A program made the position numbers and the translations under genes. From IMG/VR virus record IMGVR_UViG_3300012344_000022: DNA of 20,000 nt; one strand, written 5' to 3'. Under the pieces are notes generated by a model. It saw only the letters and a list, made by a program, of their open reading frames with translations, searched no databases and was not told the origin of the DNA. Numbering within the stretch: the stretch's first letter is position 1; every line of letters begins with the position of its first letter. Shown here piece by piece: positions 1 to 9,140 of this stretch. This DNA is from an uncultured virus (IMG/VR IMGVR_UViG_3300012344_000022) (Duplodnaviria > Heunggongvirae > Uroviricota > Caudoviricetes).

Positions 1-420
1 AATCCGAATGCGGTTGTTCCATTCAAGACACATGACAGTGATTTTTGTTATGACTGTGTCGCTGTAAGTCGTGAAGAGATTGCACCCAATGTGTATAAAT
101 ATGGACTTGGACTTGCATTTGAAATTGTAAGAGAAGATGGTTCTGTTGAAACTATTATGGATCTGGATGCCAGACCAAGATCAAGTGTGTGGAAGACAGG
201 TATGGTATTGTCCAATTGTACAGGGACAATAGATGAATCATATCGAGGAGAAGTCTGTGCAATCTTTTATCATGTATTGCCAGATATGCCTATATATGAA
301 ATAGGAGATAGGGTTATCCAGATATGTCTTGGAAAGACTGAAAAGATTGATTTTGAAGAAACAGATGAACTTACATCAACAGAAAGAGGAACTGGTGGTT
401 TTGGATCAACAGGAAAATAA
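1..420 (+). CDS. dut: Trimeric dUTPase (5' end outside the window)
   Basis: Frame 1 is open from base 1 (NPNAVVPFKTHDSDFCYDC...). dUTPase motifs RPRSS, GTIDESYRGE, GDRVIQ and the C-terminal ERGTGGFGSTG are present. The ORF-track start at 91 is an internal GTG. Confidence 0.95.
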   Translation, partial: NPNAVVPFKTHDSDFCYDCVAVSREEIAPNVYKYGLGLAFEIVREDGSVETIMDLDARPRSSVWKTGMVLSNCTGTIDESYRGEVCAIFYHVLPDMPIYEIGDRVIQICLGKTEKIDFEETDELTSTERGTGGFGSTGK

Positions 421-423
421 AAG

Positions 424-455
424 AAATTGCAGTGGAAATAACCACTGCAATTTTT
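424..455. terminator. Bidirectional intrinsic terminator
   Basis: Perfect 12-bp stem aaattgcagtgg/ccactgcaattt with a 6-nt loop and A/T tails, between convergent dut and 457..669. Confidence 0.85.
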
Positions 456-456
456 A

Positions 457-669
457 TTATATCTTACTCAAAAGAGTATTGATGTCACCAAGAAGGTCAT
501 ACACACATTTTGCCGAAGGATATTGCAAGTCGGTAGATGATTCACTTATTGATGAAACAAGATTTTTTTCCTGAAACTTGTCTGATGTCTTTCCATCAAG
601 TGTAGTAGTCTCAATAGGATGAATAACATCACCTATTTTTATACTTTTGATTGTCTCTATATCTGTCAT
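457..669 (-). CDS. 70-aa protein made of tail-fibre-type motifs (paralogue of 681..896)
   Basis: About 41/71 identities with the adjacent ORF by manual alignment. Carries LDGK..F and NLVSS...STDxQYPSAKCVYD, motifs I recognise from phage fibre proteins. Confidence 0.7.
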   Translation of the reverse strand: MTDIETIKSIKIGDVIHPIETTTLDGKTSDKFQEKNLVSSISESSTDLQYPSAKCVYDLLGDINTLLSKI

Positions 670-680
670 AATTTATATAA

Positions 681-896
681 TTATTTTTTATTCAAAAGTG
701 ATTTTATGTCTCCTACAATATCATACACGCATTTTGCGGAAGGGTATTGGTCATCCGTTGAATTTTCATCTACTGATGAAACAAGATTCTTCTGTTGAAA
801 ATAACTTGCAGGATGACCATTGAGATATTGTGCATCCAGAGGATGTTCAACACCGTCAGTAGTTCTGATATGAGTTATAGTCTCTATATCTGCCAT
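681..896 (-). CDS. 71-aa protein made of tail-fibre-type motifs (paralogue of 457..669)
   Basis: DAQYLNGHPASYF and STDDQYPSAKCVYD motifs. Tandem duplicate, preceded by a late-promoter-like box. Confidence 0.7.
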   Translation of the reverse strand: MADIETITHIRTTDGVEHPLDAQYLNGHPASYFQQKNLVSSVDENSTDDQYPSAKCVYDIVGDIKSLLNKK

Positions 897-910
897 AATA
901 AATCATAAAA

Positions 911-927
911 TATATTATATTTATGAA
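911..927 (-). promoter_or_regulatory. Putative late promoter (TTCATAAATATAATATA)
   Basis: The identical 17-mer recurs at 11456..11472 upstream of another minus-strand structural gene. The core resembles the T4 late promoter TATAAATA. Confidence 0.6.
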
Positions 928-933
928 AGTTTC

Positions 934-948
934 TTTGTTATATTTTAT
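934..948 (+). promoter_or_regulatory. Putative early/middle promoter element TTTGTTAT(A)TTTTAT
   Basis: Near-identical motif upstream of the clamp loader (934..948) and of the Clp ATPase (1987..2000). Confidence 0.35.
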
Positions 949-967
949 ATGATAAAAATATTTAGAT

Positions 968-1936
968 ATGTCATCAGTAAAAAATTTGGATACAATTCTT
1001 TGGACAGAAAAATATAGACCAGATACTCTTGATGGGTGTATTCTTCCAAACAGAATCAAAACACTTCTTCAAGATGGTGTAAAAACTAATATGCTTTTTT
1101 ATGGAACTGCTGGAATAGGTAAAACCACAACGGCAAAGGCCATATGTAGTCAATTTGGACATAATACATTATATATAAATGGTTCTACAGAAAACTCTAT
1201 TGATGTTGTTAGAAACAAAATCAGTGATTTCGCTATGAATCAGTCAATTCTTCATTATGATAACCCCATCAAAGTTGTCATTATTGATGAATCGGACTTC
1301 ATGAGTCAAAATGCTCTGGCGGGAATGAGAGCAACTATCGAGCAGTATGCCACAAACACTAGATTTATTTTTACTTGCAACTATGTCGAGAAAATACCTG
1401 ATCCTATTCAATCTCGTTTCCAGATGATTGATTTCAATTTCACACAGGAAGAACAAATTGAAATCAAGAAAGGTCAGTTCAAGAGAATTATTGAAATCTG
1501 CAACAAGGAGGGAATGTCAATCACGAAGGAAGCTGCATTAAAACTCTTACAGACATATTATCCAGACTTCAGGTCAATTATCAATCATTTGCAGAGATAC
1601 AAGCTTGAAGGAAAGACAAACATTGTTGATACAGATGTAAAAGATTCAGCAAGTGAATATTCAGAACTTTATGATATGATTATCACACAGGACAATCCTG
1701 TGGAAAATTACAAGTTTGTGATGAAGAACTATTCAAATTGTGTAGATGAAGTAATTTCTGCACTAGGATATCCATTCATTGAGTATATATTGAAATCAAA
1801 ACCTGCTCTTATGGGTAAGATACCTGTGATTTCTGTTCTCAATGCAAAGTATCAGCAGAATTTAAAAAACTGTATAGATCCTGTGGTGGTTCTTCTTGCA
1901 AATATTTTCGAACTTCAAATGGAGTTTCAAAAATAA
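968..1936 (+). CDS. Clamp loader AAA+ subunit (T4 gp44 / RFC small-subunit-like)
   Basis: LWTEKYRP N-terminal box, Walker A GTAGIGKTT, Walker B VVIIDESD, sensor FIFTCN, SRC-type motif IQSRF and PDFR. Length 322 aa. Confidence 0.93.
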   Translation: MSSVKNLDTILWTEKYRPDTLDGCILPNRIKTLLQDGVKTNMLFYGTAGIGKTTTAKAICSQFGHNTLYINGSTENSIDVVRNKISDFAMNQSILHYDNPIKVVIIDESDFMSQNALAGMRATIEQYATNTRFIFTCNYVEKIPDPIQSRFQMIDFNFTQEEQIEIKKGQFKRIIEICNKEGMSITKEAALKLLQTYYPDFRSIINHLQRYKLEGKTNIVDTDVKDSASEYSELYDMIITQDNPVENYKFVMKNYSNCVDEVISALGYPFIEYILKSKPALMGKIPVISVLNAKYQQNLKNCIDPVVVLLANIFELQMEFQK

Positions 1937-1960
1937 ATAAAAAATATTGAAATTTATCAC

Positions 1961-1990
1961 AAAAAGAGATGTCATTTGATGTCTCTTTTG
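1961..1990 (+). terminator. Intrinsic terminator
   Basis: Stem aaaagagatgtc/gatgtctctttt with G-U pairs on the + strand, followed by a T-run, downstream of the clamp loader. Confidence 0.65.
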
Positions 1991-2031
1991 TTATTTTTAT
2001 TTCAAAAGTTTGAATAATAATTTTTATTTAT

Positions 2032-4002
2032 ATGGGAAAAATATATAATGATGTTCAACAGTCTGGGAGTTCTGATCAGAAAAAGAACAATCCTGAAATT
2101 CTCCTGAATATGGGAACAATGGTAATAGGAAGAGATGATGTGATGCATAGGGAGAATGAAATAGACCGCATATACAACATTATGGATAAGGCTTCACACA
2201 GAGCCGTACTTCTTGTGGGGGATACAGGAATAGGAAAAAGAAGTATCATTGAAGGATATGTGCAGAAACTCAGGGACAATTACAGAAATGAATATGTGGT
2301 GGAGATTGATTTTGATGAACTTATCAAACAGACACACAATGCAGATTTTAGTCAGGTTGTTTCCACTATACTTGATACTGCTGTAAATAATGACAGTGCT
2401 CAAATAACTCTTATGCTGAGCAATATAGGTTATCTTCTCAATATCAACTGTTATGGTAATGCAGGATTTGCATTTATCAACAATATGATGAAATATATTG
2501 ATGAAGACAATCTTCAGGTAATTATTACTGCAACAACAGATGAATATAAGGTAATTGAAGATTCTTTCAAAAAAGTCATTGATACATTTACCATCATCAA
2601 ACTCAATGAACTCACAAAGGAACAAACTATTGATATTTCAAAAAGTTTTGTTGATTTTTATGGTGATGTATATGATATGACATTTCCAGAAAATGTTTGT
2701 GAACTCATATGTGATAATGCAGACAAATATATCAAAACCAAACCATTTCCCGGAAAGGTTGATGACTTATTTGATGAAGTCTGTGCAGGAGTATCAAATA
2801 AATACAGACATCTTGACAGCAGAATTATAAAACTCATTGGTGACAGTGATAAAATCAAGGAAGATATCAAGAAGTCAATGGAGTCAAATGATTTGATTAC
2901 TTGTGAAACATTGAAAAAGAAACTTCAAAAGAATATTGACAAAGCAAACAAGATTGATGATGAAACATATACAGTCATTGACTTGACAGAAACAGATATT
3001 CTTGAACAGATAGGTAAGATTGTGGATGTGAATATCACGAAACTGTCGAAGGATCAGACAAAGTTTCTCAAGGATATGCCTGATGAAATCAAGAAATATG
3101 TGATAGGTCAGGATCAGGCTGTTGATATGGTTGTCAAGAATATACGAAGAAACAAGCTTGGGTTGAGAAAAACAAGACATTCAGCGGGAAACTTTATGTT
3201 CATTGGTTCTACAGGTGTGGGAAAGACTTATCTTGCAAAACAGCTTGCAAAATATCTTTATGGAAGTGAAGAAAATCTTTTGAGACTTGATATGAGTGAA
3301 TTCCAGAATGAAATAGATGTATCAAAACTTCTTGGATCTGCACCAGGTTATGTAGGATATAAGGAGTCCGGTCTTCTGGTAAAAGGTCTTGCAAAGAAAC
3401 CTGAAACTGTGGTTCTCTTTGATGAAATAGAGAAAGCACATCAAAGTGTCTACAATGTTCTTCTTCAATTGCTTGATGAGGGTTTCATAACTGGAAGTGA
3501 TGGTAAGAAAGTGGATGCTTCAAAGGCTTTGATTATATTTACATCGAATATTGGTGTAAGACAGGCACAGGAAATGTCAAACCCTCTTGGATTTTCAAAT
3601 AATACTGAAAAGAAAAAGAATGAAAACAAAGAGAAAATTATACGTCAGGCATTGAAGAAAAGATTCAGTCCTGAATTCTTGAATAGACTTGACAATATTT
3701 GTTATTTCAATTCCCTTGATTTGGAAACATTGAAATCAATTCTTCATAAGGAACTTGATGAATCAAATGAAAAAATAAAGTCATTGACAGGAAAGACTGT
3801 AGTTCTATCTCCTGAAGTGGAAGACTGGGTAATTGATAAGGTTGAGAAGGAAGACAATGGTGCAAGACCTATCATAAGGATACTTCAACAGAATATTGAG
3901 GAAAATATTGCGGATATGATTATCAATGAAGACAATATTCTTGATATGAAGAAAAAGACATTGACAGCAAAATTGATAAATGATGAAATTGTAATAAAAT
4001 AA
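2032..4002 (+). CDS. ClpC/ClpB-like Hsp100 AAA+ ATPase (no N-domain, degenerate NBD1, intact NBD2)
   Basis: NBD2 has GSTGVGKT, DMSEF, GSAPGYVGY, VVLFDEIEKAH, IIFTSN, PEFLNRLD and GARP. NBD1 remnants are RENEI, GDTGIGKRS, ATTTDEY and PGKVDDLFDE. A coiled-coil middle region and an LGF loop are present. Confidence 0.9.
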   Translation: MGKIYNDVQQSGSSDQKKNNPEILLNMGTMVIGRDDVMHRENEIDRIYNIMDKASHRAVLLVGDTGIGKRSIIEGYVQKLRDNYRNEYVVEIDFDELIKQTHNADFSQVVSTILDTAVNNDSAQITLMLSNIGYLLNINCYGNAGFAFINNMMKYIDEDNLQVIITATTDEYKVIEDSFKKVIDTFTIIKLNELTKEQTIDISKSFVDFYGDVYDMTFPENVCELICDNADKYIKTKPFPGKVDDLFDEVCAGVSNKYRHLDSRIIKLIGDSDKIKEDIKKSMESNDLITCETLKKKLQKNIDKANKIDDETYTVIDLTETDILEQIGKIVDVNITKLSKDQTKFLKDMPDEIKKYVIGQDQAVDMVVKNIRRNKLGLRKTRHSAGNFMFIGSTGVGKTYLAKQLAKYLYGSEENLLRLDMSEFQNEIDVSKLLGSAPGYVGYKESGLLVKGLAKKPETVVLFDEIEKAHQSVYNVLLQLLDEGFITGSDGKKVDASKALIIFTSNIGVRQAQEMSNPLGFSNNTEKKKNENKEKIIRQALKKRFSPEFLNRLDNICYFNSLDLETLKSILHKELDESNEKIKSLTGKTVVLSPEVEDWVIDKVEKEDNGARPIIRILQQNIEENIADMIINEDNILDMKKKTLTAKLINDEIVIK

Positions 4003-4015
4003 AATTTATTTATAT

Positions 4016-4405
4016 ATGAGAATAGCAGTTGTTGGACCTCACAGAGATGAGGTCATTTCAAAAGTGGAAAGTGCATTTGACACTACAGTAAAGAAACCAT
4101 GGGATATAAAAGATGGTGCAAACATAATTGATTATGCAGCTGAGACATACAAATATTTCAATGAACACAATGTTGTGTTTGAAGGATCACCATTTGATTT
4201 TCTTGCAAAGGAAGAAGGTGAAGGTTATGATGATGTGTATGAACAGATTGCATTGAATACTCTGGATAATCTTGACTATATCGCTGTAATCACGCTTGAT
4301 ATGGATAGAAATGATCTTAAGATGTATAAGGAATATGCAAAGATTTATCCTGATAAATTCTATTTTTATACATCATACAATGATTTTGAACTTGCATTGA
4401 GATAA
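4016..4405 (+). CDS. Hypothetical protein, possibly a degenerate P-loop kinase-like fold
   Basis: 129-aa ORF packed tightly in the operon (13 nt after clp, 2 nt before gp46). The N-terminus MRIAVVGPH resembles a P-loop lead-in strand but there is no GKT/S. Confidence 0.7.
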   Translation: MRIAVVGPHRDEVISKVESAFDTTVKKPWDIKDGANIIDYAAETYKYFNEHNVVFEGSPFDFLAKEEGEGYDDVYEQIALNTLDNLDYIAVITLDMDRNDLKMYKEYAKIYPDKFYFYTSYNDFELALR

Positions 4406-4407
4406 AT

Positions 4408-6057
4408 ATGAAGCTGAAGAAACTGTCATTTAGAAATTTCAAGTCATATAGCAATGTTCTGACCGAAATACAGTTTGATAACAGGTCTTCACTCAATCTT
4501 ATAGTGGGAGAAAATGGCACAGGCAAGACGTCAATTGCAGAATGTGCCACTTATCTCCTGTATGGAAAACTTGACAACTTCACAGCATCTGATATTCCGA
4601 ACAGGATAAACAAGGCATTTTATGGGAGGATTGAACTTGATTGTGATGGTCATATTGTAATAATAGAAAGAGGATTGAATCCTTCAATGTTCAGGGTTGA
4701 GATTGATGGTCAGGTTGTCGATACGGCAGGAAAGAACAATGTCCAGACAATGCTTGAGGAAAATTATTTCAAGATACCTTACAGCGTGTTCCATAATATA
4801 CTTGTTCTTGAAGTGGGTGAAGTGAAGTCTCTTCTTTCTATGAATGTTGCAGACAAGAGAAACATCATTGATAAGATATGTGGATTCACACTATATAATA
4901 CATACAATAAGTTCGTGAAGGATGATATGAAGAATCTCGGGGACAGGATGAATTCAAATATGGGTTCAATTCGTTCCGTCAATACTTCACTGAACCAGTA
5001 TGACAGACAGATTGAAGAAATCAAGGAAAATGAGATTTCACAGGAAGAACTGGATGATCTTGAACAGAAAGTCATTGAAGCAAAAAAATTGAAACAGGAG
5101 AATGATGGTCTCGCAAAGAAAATCATCACTGCCAGAGAACAGATAAAGGGTGTGAAAATCCAGAAAATCGGTGAATACAACAATTTGAAGGACAAGATTG
5201 TTGAGATAGACAAGAAAATAAGACTGATTGAAAGTGGAAGATGTCCCACCTGCGGAAGTTCTCTAGAAACTGAAGAATTCAGGAAAGAAAAGGAAGAACT
5301 GATTGAACAGAAGAAGGAATATGCACTTCAAATGAAACAGATAAAGGAACTTGTTGACAAGTCTCAATCAAAATTGACTGTTCTTGACACAAAGGAACAG
5401 GAAATACGAAAGTCCGGAAATGACATAAGACTTCTTGACTTGCAATCAGACTTGAAATATAAGCAGACATTGAAGGAAAAGAATACAGTGTCAATTGAAA
5501 ATTTGAAGGAAGGTCTCATATCCCAGCTTGACGAGATGAACAGGGAAAAGGAAGAACTCGAAAAGGAAAAAAGACTTCTTGACTATATGACAAATCTTAC
5601 TGGAGAAGGAAAGGACAGTGTCAAGAGATATATATCAAATACATATATTCCCATTATCAACAGTCTTATAGAGGAGATGTTGAATTATATGAACCTGAAC
5701 TACTCTATCACATTTGACGGCAATTTTGATGCTTCAATCAAGCAGAATGGAATGAATGTCAAATATTGCACATTGAGTAAGGGCGAAAAGAGGAGAGTTG
5801 ATTTCGCCACCGTCATAGCATTTATAAAGTTTCTCAAGATACAGTTTGCTGAACTCAATCTTTTGTTCCTTGATGAGATTTTTTCAAATGTAGATATAAA
5901 CGGTGTCAATGATATGATTGATATATTAAAGGATTTGAGTGAAGATATGAACCTGAACATCTATCTCATACATCATGCAAGACTTGAAGGAGTAATGTTT
6001 GACAATGTTCTACACACTACAAAGAAGGATGGATTCAGTCATATTGAGTATATATAA
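4408..6057 (+). CDS. Recombination/repair ATPase, T4 gp46 / SbcC / Rad50 family
   Basis: SFRNFKSY, Walker A GENGTGKTS, coiled coils flanking the zinc hook CPTCG, ABC signature LSKGEKRR, Walker B LLFLDE and H-loop YLIHH. Confidence 0.93.
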   Translation: MKLKKLSFRNFKSYSNVLTEIQFDNRSSLNLIVGENGTGKTSIAECATYLLYGKLDNFTASDIPNRINKAFYGRIELDCDGHIVIIERGLNPSMFRVEIDGQVVDTAGKNNVQTMLEENYFKIPYSVFHNILVLEVGEVKSLLSMNVADKRNIIDKICGFTLYNTYNKFVKDDMKNLGDRMNSNMGSIRSVNTSLNQYDRQIEEIKENEISQEELDDLEQKVIEAKKLKQENDGLAKKIITAREQIKGVKIQKIGEYNNLKDKIVEIDKKIRLIESGRCPTCGSSLETEEFRKEKEELIEQKKEYALQMKQIKELVDKSQSKLTVLDTKEQEIRKSGNDIRLLDLQSDLKYKQTLKEKNTVSIENLKEGLISQLDEMNREKEELEKEKRLLDYMTNLTGEGKDSVKRYISNTYIPIINSLIEEMLNYMNLNYSITFDGNFDASIKQNGMNVKYCTLSKGEKRRVDFATVIAFIKFLKIQFAELNLLFLDEIFSNVDINGVNDMIDILKDLSEDMNLNIYLIHHARLEGVMFDNVLHTTKKDGFSHIEYI

Positions 6058-6091
6058 AAAAAATGAGAGACATAAGTCTCTCATTTTTTTT
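6056..6091. terminator. Bidirectional intrinsic terminator
   Basis: A-run-tgagagac ataa gtctctca-T-run, a perfect hairpin between convergent genes. Confidence 0.9.
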
Positions 6092-6093
6092 GT

Positions 6094-9066
6094 TTAGAAT
6101 TTTATATATTTTATATAATCATAATATGCAGTTGATCTTGTATCCCCTTGAACAGAACCTACATCAAATGATGTCAATGCAGTTAGTGAGGACAAATATG
6201 AAGATACCCTTGTTGGATTATCATAATTAGATGCATCTATCAGTTTATTATTGACAAAAACACCATTCTTATTCAATTTGACATAAACTTTTCCATCAAC
6301 ATAAACATTTGTCTTTGTATTTGATCCACTGGAAGTAACAAGACACAATTCAAGTGCTCTTGATGATGGTGTATAATAACAATGAAAATTGATACCACCC
6401 CATGTTGATATACTGTTTCCTATGGACAATATATTTTGATTTGACAATGTGGTATTACATTTATCTGCATCAAATAAACATTCAATATAGTCATCATTTG
6501 AAAAATCAAAATTTGAAACTGTGTTTGACCATGATTTTCCATTGGCATAATGATTTTCAACAAGTATATTTTCTGTTGAAGAAATATTGCAGACAACATT
6601 ACAAGATGCTGACTTATCACCAAGAGAAACATGCACATTTGTGTTTCCATTACCCACATATCTCAAATAACCATCAATGACATCAACAATACTTGTGTTA
6701 TCACTATACCACATCATACCATCTGTGGTATTATCAGGAGTTATAGTAGATTTTAGGAATAATTCATTTGAAATATTCTCCTTTGATATTGTGAAACCAG
6801 TATTGTCAAGTGATACACTTTCACATGGTATATTTGAGTATCCAAATGTATGTGCCGTTATTTGAGTATATGATGCCAAACTTCGTACATTACCTTCAGA
6901 TGAACCTATGAGTACATTTGATTCATCACATATTTCACTCCATATATTTGCAAAATTATACTGTTTTCCACCTGATACATATGACCATGAACTCAAAATG
7001 ACACCATTTACATATATACCTGTACTATCCATCTTTATTGTTATTGAACCTTTATCCACACTGACAGATGATCTTTGTACACCGAGAAGATGATCAATAA
7101 CATTTACCTGCAACATTCCTGAAGAATCTGGATAATAACACTGTACAGACCTGATATCTTGACCAGATGACCCCCAAGTATTGATAACATTACCAACACC
7201 AAGTATATTCTCATTTGTATTTGTGCAGTTTGTCAAATCAATAACAAATTCAAGACTACCACCAAGATTCATATTGAGACTGTTTACTGTCTTTTCCCAT
7301 GACTGACCTGATACAATGTCATCAGTAGAAATTGTTATATTGTTTTGAACTGGTGCAACTTCACAAGTTATGGTACAGATTACAGACTGTTCCCCACATA
7401 CTGCCTTTATTTGACATGTACCGGTTCCTATACATTTTACAACTCCATTCTTTACCTTTGCTACATTAGGATTACTTGAAATCCATATAATATTATCTGT
7501 GGTATCAGTAGGTGTAACAGTAACACCTATTGTGAAATCATCATAATCAGTAGATGTAAATGTATGTTCTGTAGTGTCAAATTCAATACTTGTACATGAT
7601 TTATCTACACCAAATTGACTCACCATACTATCTACATATGCAAGACGCTTGGGTATATAACTTCTCAATTGTGTCAAATTTACAGTATCTGTATTAGGTA
7701 TTGAAGTATATGGTGTATCTGTTATTTCTTCATCATACAAGTCCTTACCTATACTATAATAAAAATCTTCAAATTTTGAAAGAATATTATAGTCGCTCAA
7801 TGCACCATTTCTCAATTCTTCATATCTTGATTTCATTTCATTAGGATAAAACTCAACAAGTCTGTTATAAAGAAGATTATATGGTTCCTCATATTGATCG
7901 GGACATTTATAATCAACAGAAACAAATGACTTGCCATCCCAGTTCAATCCCCATGTGCTGTCCATATCATATGATATCATCATTAATTTTGTTCCATCAT
8001 AACTTGCGACAAGTTGATTCTTTCCCAATGAATCAAGTCCACAGTTTGCATATTGAAAAAGATAATAATCAATCGCAGACTGAACATCAATATATTGAGA
8101 AATACCTTCTCTGAATGTGTCTTTATCAGCAGTATTCTTCAAAAAAACTATAAGATTATTGATTGCAGATGCATATAATTCAGCACTTTCTTCTGTTTTA
8201 TTACCTACTTCTATACTCCATGTACTCTCTGCAAGAATTTCAGCAGCAGTAGTTGTCTTCCTGAAATTTGAGGATGTCTCATTGAACACACTAACAGTAT
8301 TCTGTTCACCACCAAGAACAAATTGAAGATTTGAAGAAATTCCATCATCTGTCATACCATAACACCATTTATCTTTTGGTATATTCCATGTATAAAGTCC
8401 CTGATATATACCATTTGCATATATCTTGAATGGAAATCCATCAATGGCACCTGCATTAGGTGCAGTCCTGAATGCATTTGGAAGTGATGAATAATCTGAT
8501 CTGCTTCTTACAATATCCGCCCATAAATTTGCATTTACCACATTTCTTGCATGTGTATGATCCATATAGTTTGCTTTCAAACAATACTTTGTCTGTTCAC
8601 TCCATCCCATATCAACAGGTTGAAGAATAGAAAGACTTTCATCAGAATAAAGAACTATAGTGAAATTCTTTTTAGGATAATTCATTGAACTTGTTCCCTG
8701 ACACTTGATTTTGCAATACCCTGTATAAACCTTTCCGTCATTTTGCAGTCTGAACTTCATCTTGGCATTTGATTTACTTGTAGGCAATTCACCATAAAGA
8801 TATAGAACAGGCATCTTTGTCTCTTTTTTTGTATTCACAGATGGTATCAAGTTCTTGATTTCATTGAGAGCACCTACAATATTTGTTTTATTGACGGTAT
8901 TCAGTCCTGTCAAATCACCTATTTTACTATCTGTAAGTTCTTTCCATCCTTCCTGTGTACCTATATAAAGTTTGTTCTTATTATCAAGTACATACCATCC
9001 AAGATAATCAGAAACATATTCAGGAATACTTTCATCTATATTGATAAATAATACTTTATTATTCAT
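6094..9066 (-). CDS. CotH-family kinase domain protein with an N-terminal fibre-like segment and 2x [Ig-like Big_2 + LamG/lectin-like] modules
   Basis: CotH motifs KCQGTSS..YPKKNF, LKANYMD, GLYTWN, IDYYLF, DSLGKN and YDMDSTWG. Big_2 patterns VTPTDTTDNIIWISSNPNVAKV and ITPDNTTDGMMWYSDNTSIVDV. A duplicated beta-domain (NIL.(V/I)GN.I.TWG...(I/V)GS..G..RS.A.Y) follows each. Start placed at ATG 9066 (or 9084) because the 9126 TTG lies across a terminator. Confidence 0.82.
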   Translation of the reverse strand: MNNKVLFINIDESIPEYVSDYLGWYVLDNKNKLYIGTQEGWKELTDSKIGDLTGLNTVNKTNIVGALNEIKNLIPSVNTKKETKMPVLYLYGELPTSKSNAKMKFRLQNDGKVYTGYCKIKCQGTSSMNYPKKNFTIVLYSDESLSILQPVDMGWSEQTKYCLKANYMDHTHARNVVNANLWADIVRSRSDYSSLPNAFRTAPNAGAIDGFPFKIYANGIYQGLYTWNIPKDKWCYGMTDDGISSNLQFVLGGEQNTVSVFNETSSNFRKTTTAAEILAESTWSIEVGNKTEESAELYASAINNLIVFLKNTADKDTFREGISQYIDVQSAIDYYLFQYANCGLDSLGKNQLVASYDGTKLMMISYDMDSTWGLNWDGKSFVSVDYKCPDQYEEPYNLLYNRLVEFYPNEMKSRYEELRNGALSDYNILSKFEDFYYSIGKDLYDEEITDTPYTSIPNTDTVNLTQLRSYIPKRLAYVDSMVSQFGVDKSCTSIEFDTTEHTFTSTDYDDFTIGVTVTPTDTTDNIIWISSNPNVAKVKNGVVKCIGTGTCQIKAVCGEQSVICTITCEVAPVQNNITISTDDIVSGQSWEKTVNSLNMNLGGSLEFVIDLTNCTNTNENILGVGNVINTWGSSGQDIRSVQCYYPDSSGMLQVNVIDHLLGVQRSSVSVDKGSITIKMDSTGIYVNGVILSSWSYVSGGKQYNFANIWSEICDESNVLIGSSEGNVRSLASYTQITAHTFGYSNIPCESVSLDNTGFTISKENISNELFLKSTITPDNTTDGMMWYSDNTSIVDVIDGYLRYVGNGNTNVHVSLGDKSASCNVVCNISSTENILVENHYANGKSWSNTVSNFDFSNDDYIECLFDADKCNTTLSNQNILSIGNSISTWGGINFHCYYTPSSRALELCLVTSSGSNTKTNVYVDGKVYVKLNKNGVFVNNKLIDASNYDNPTRVSSYLSSLTALTSFDVGSVQGDTRSTAYYDYIKYIKF

Positions 9067-9091
9067 ATGTTTATTATTTGTCATGTTTATT

Positions 9092-9120
9092 AAAAAACCT
9101 CCATGTTTCAGGAGGTTTTT
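9092..9120 (-). terminator. Intrinsic terminator
   Basis: aaaaacctcc atgtttca ggaggttttt hairpin just downstream of the 9141..10514 stop. Confidence 0.75.
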
Positions 9121-9140
9121 ATTCAACTATTTATATCATA

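Noticed and set aside
9067..9126. ORF-track N-terminal extensions (9126, and likewise 10804, 11993, 12487, 14321)
   Set aside because: They overlap terminators or neighbouring genes, or use non-ATG starts. Downstream ATGs fit the spacing and paralogue alignments better.
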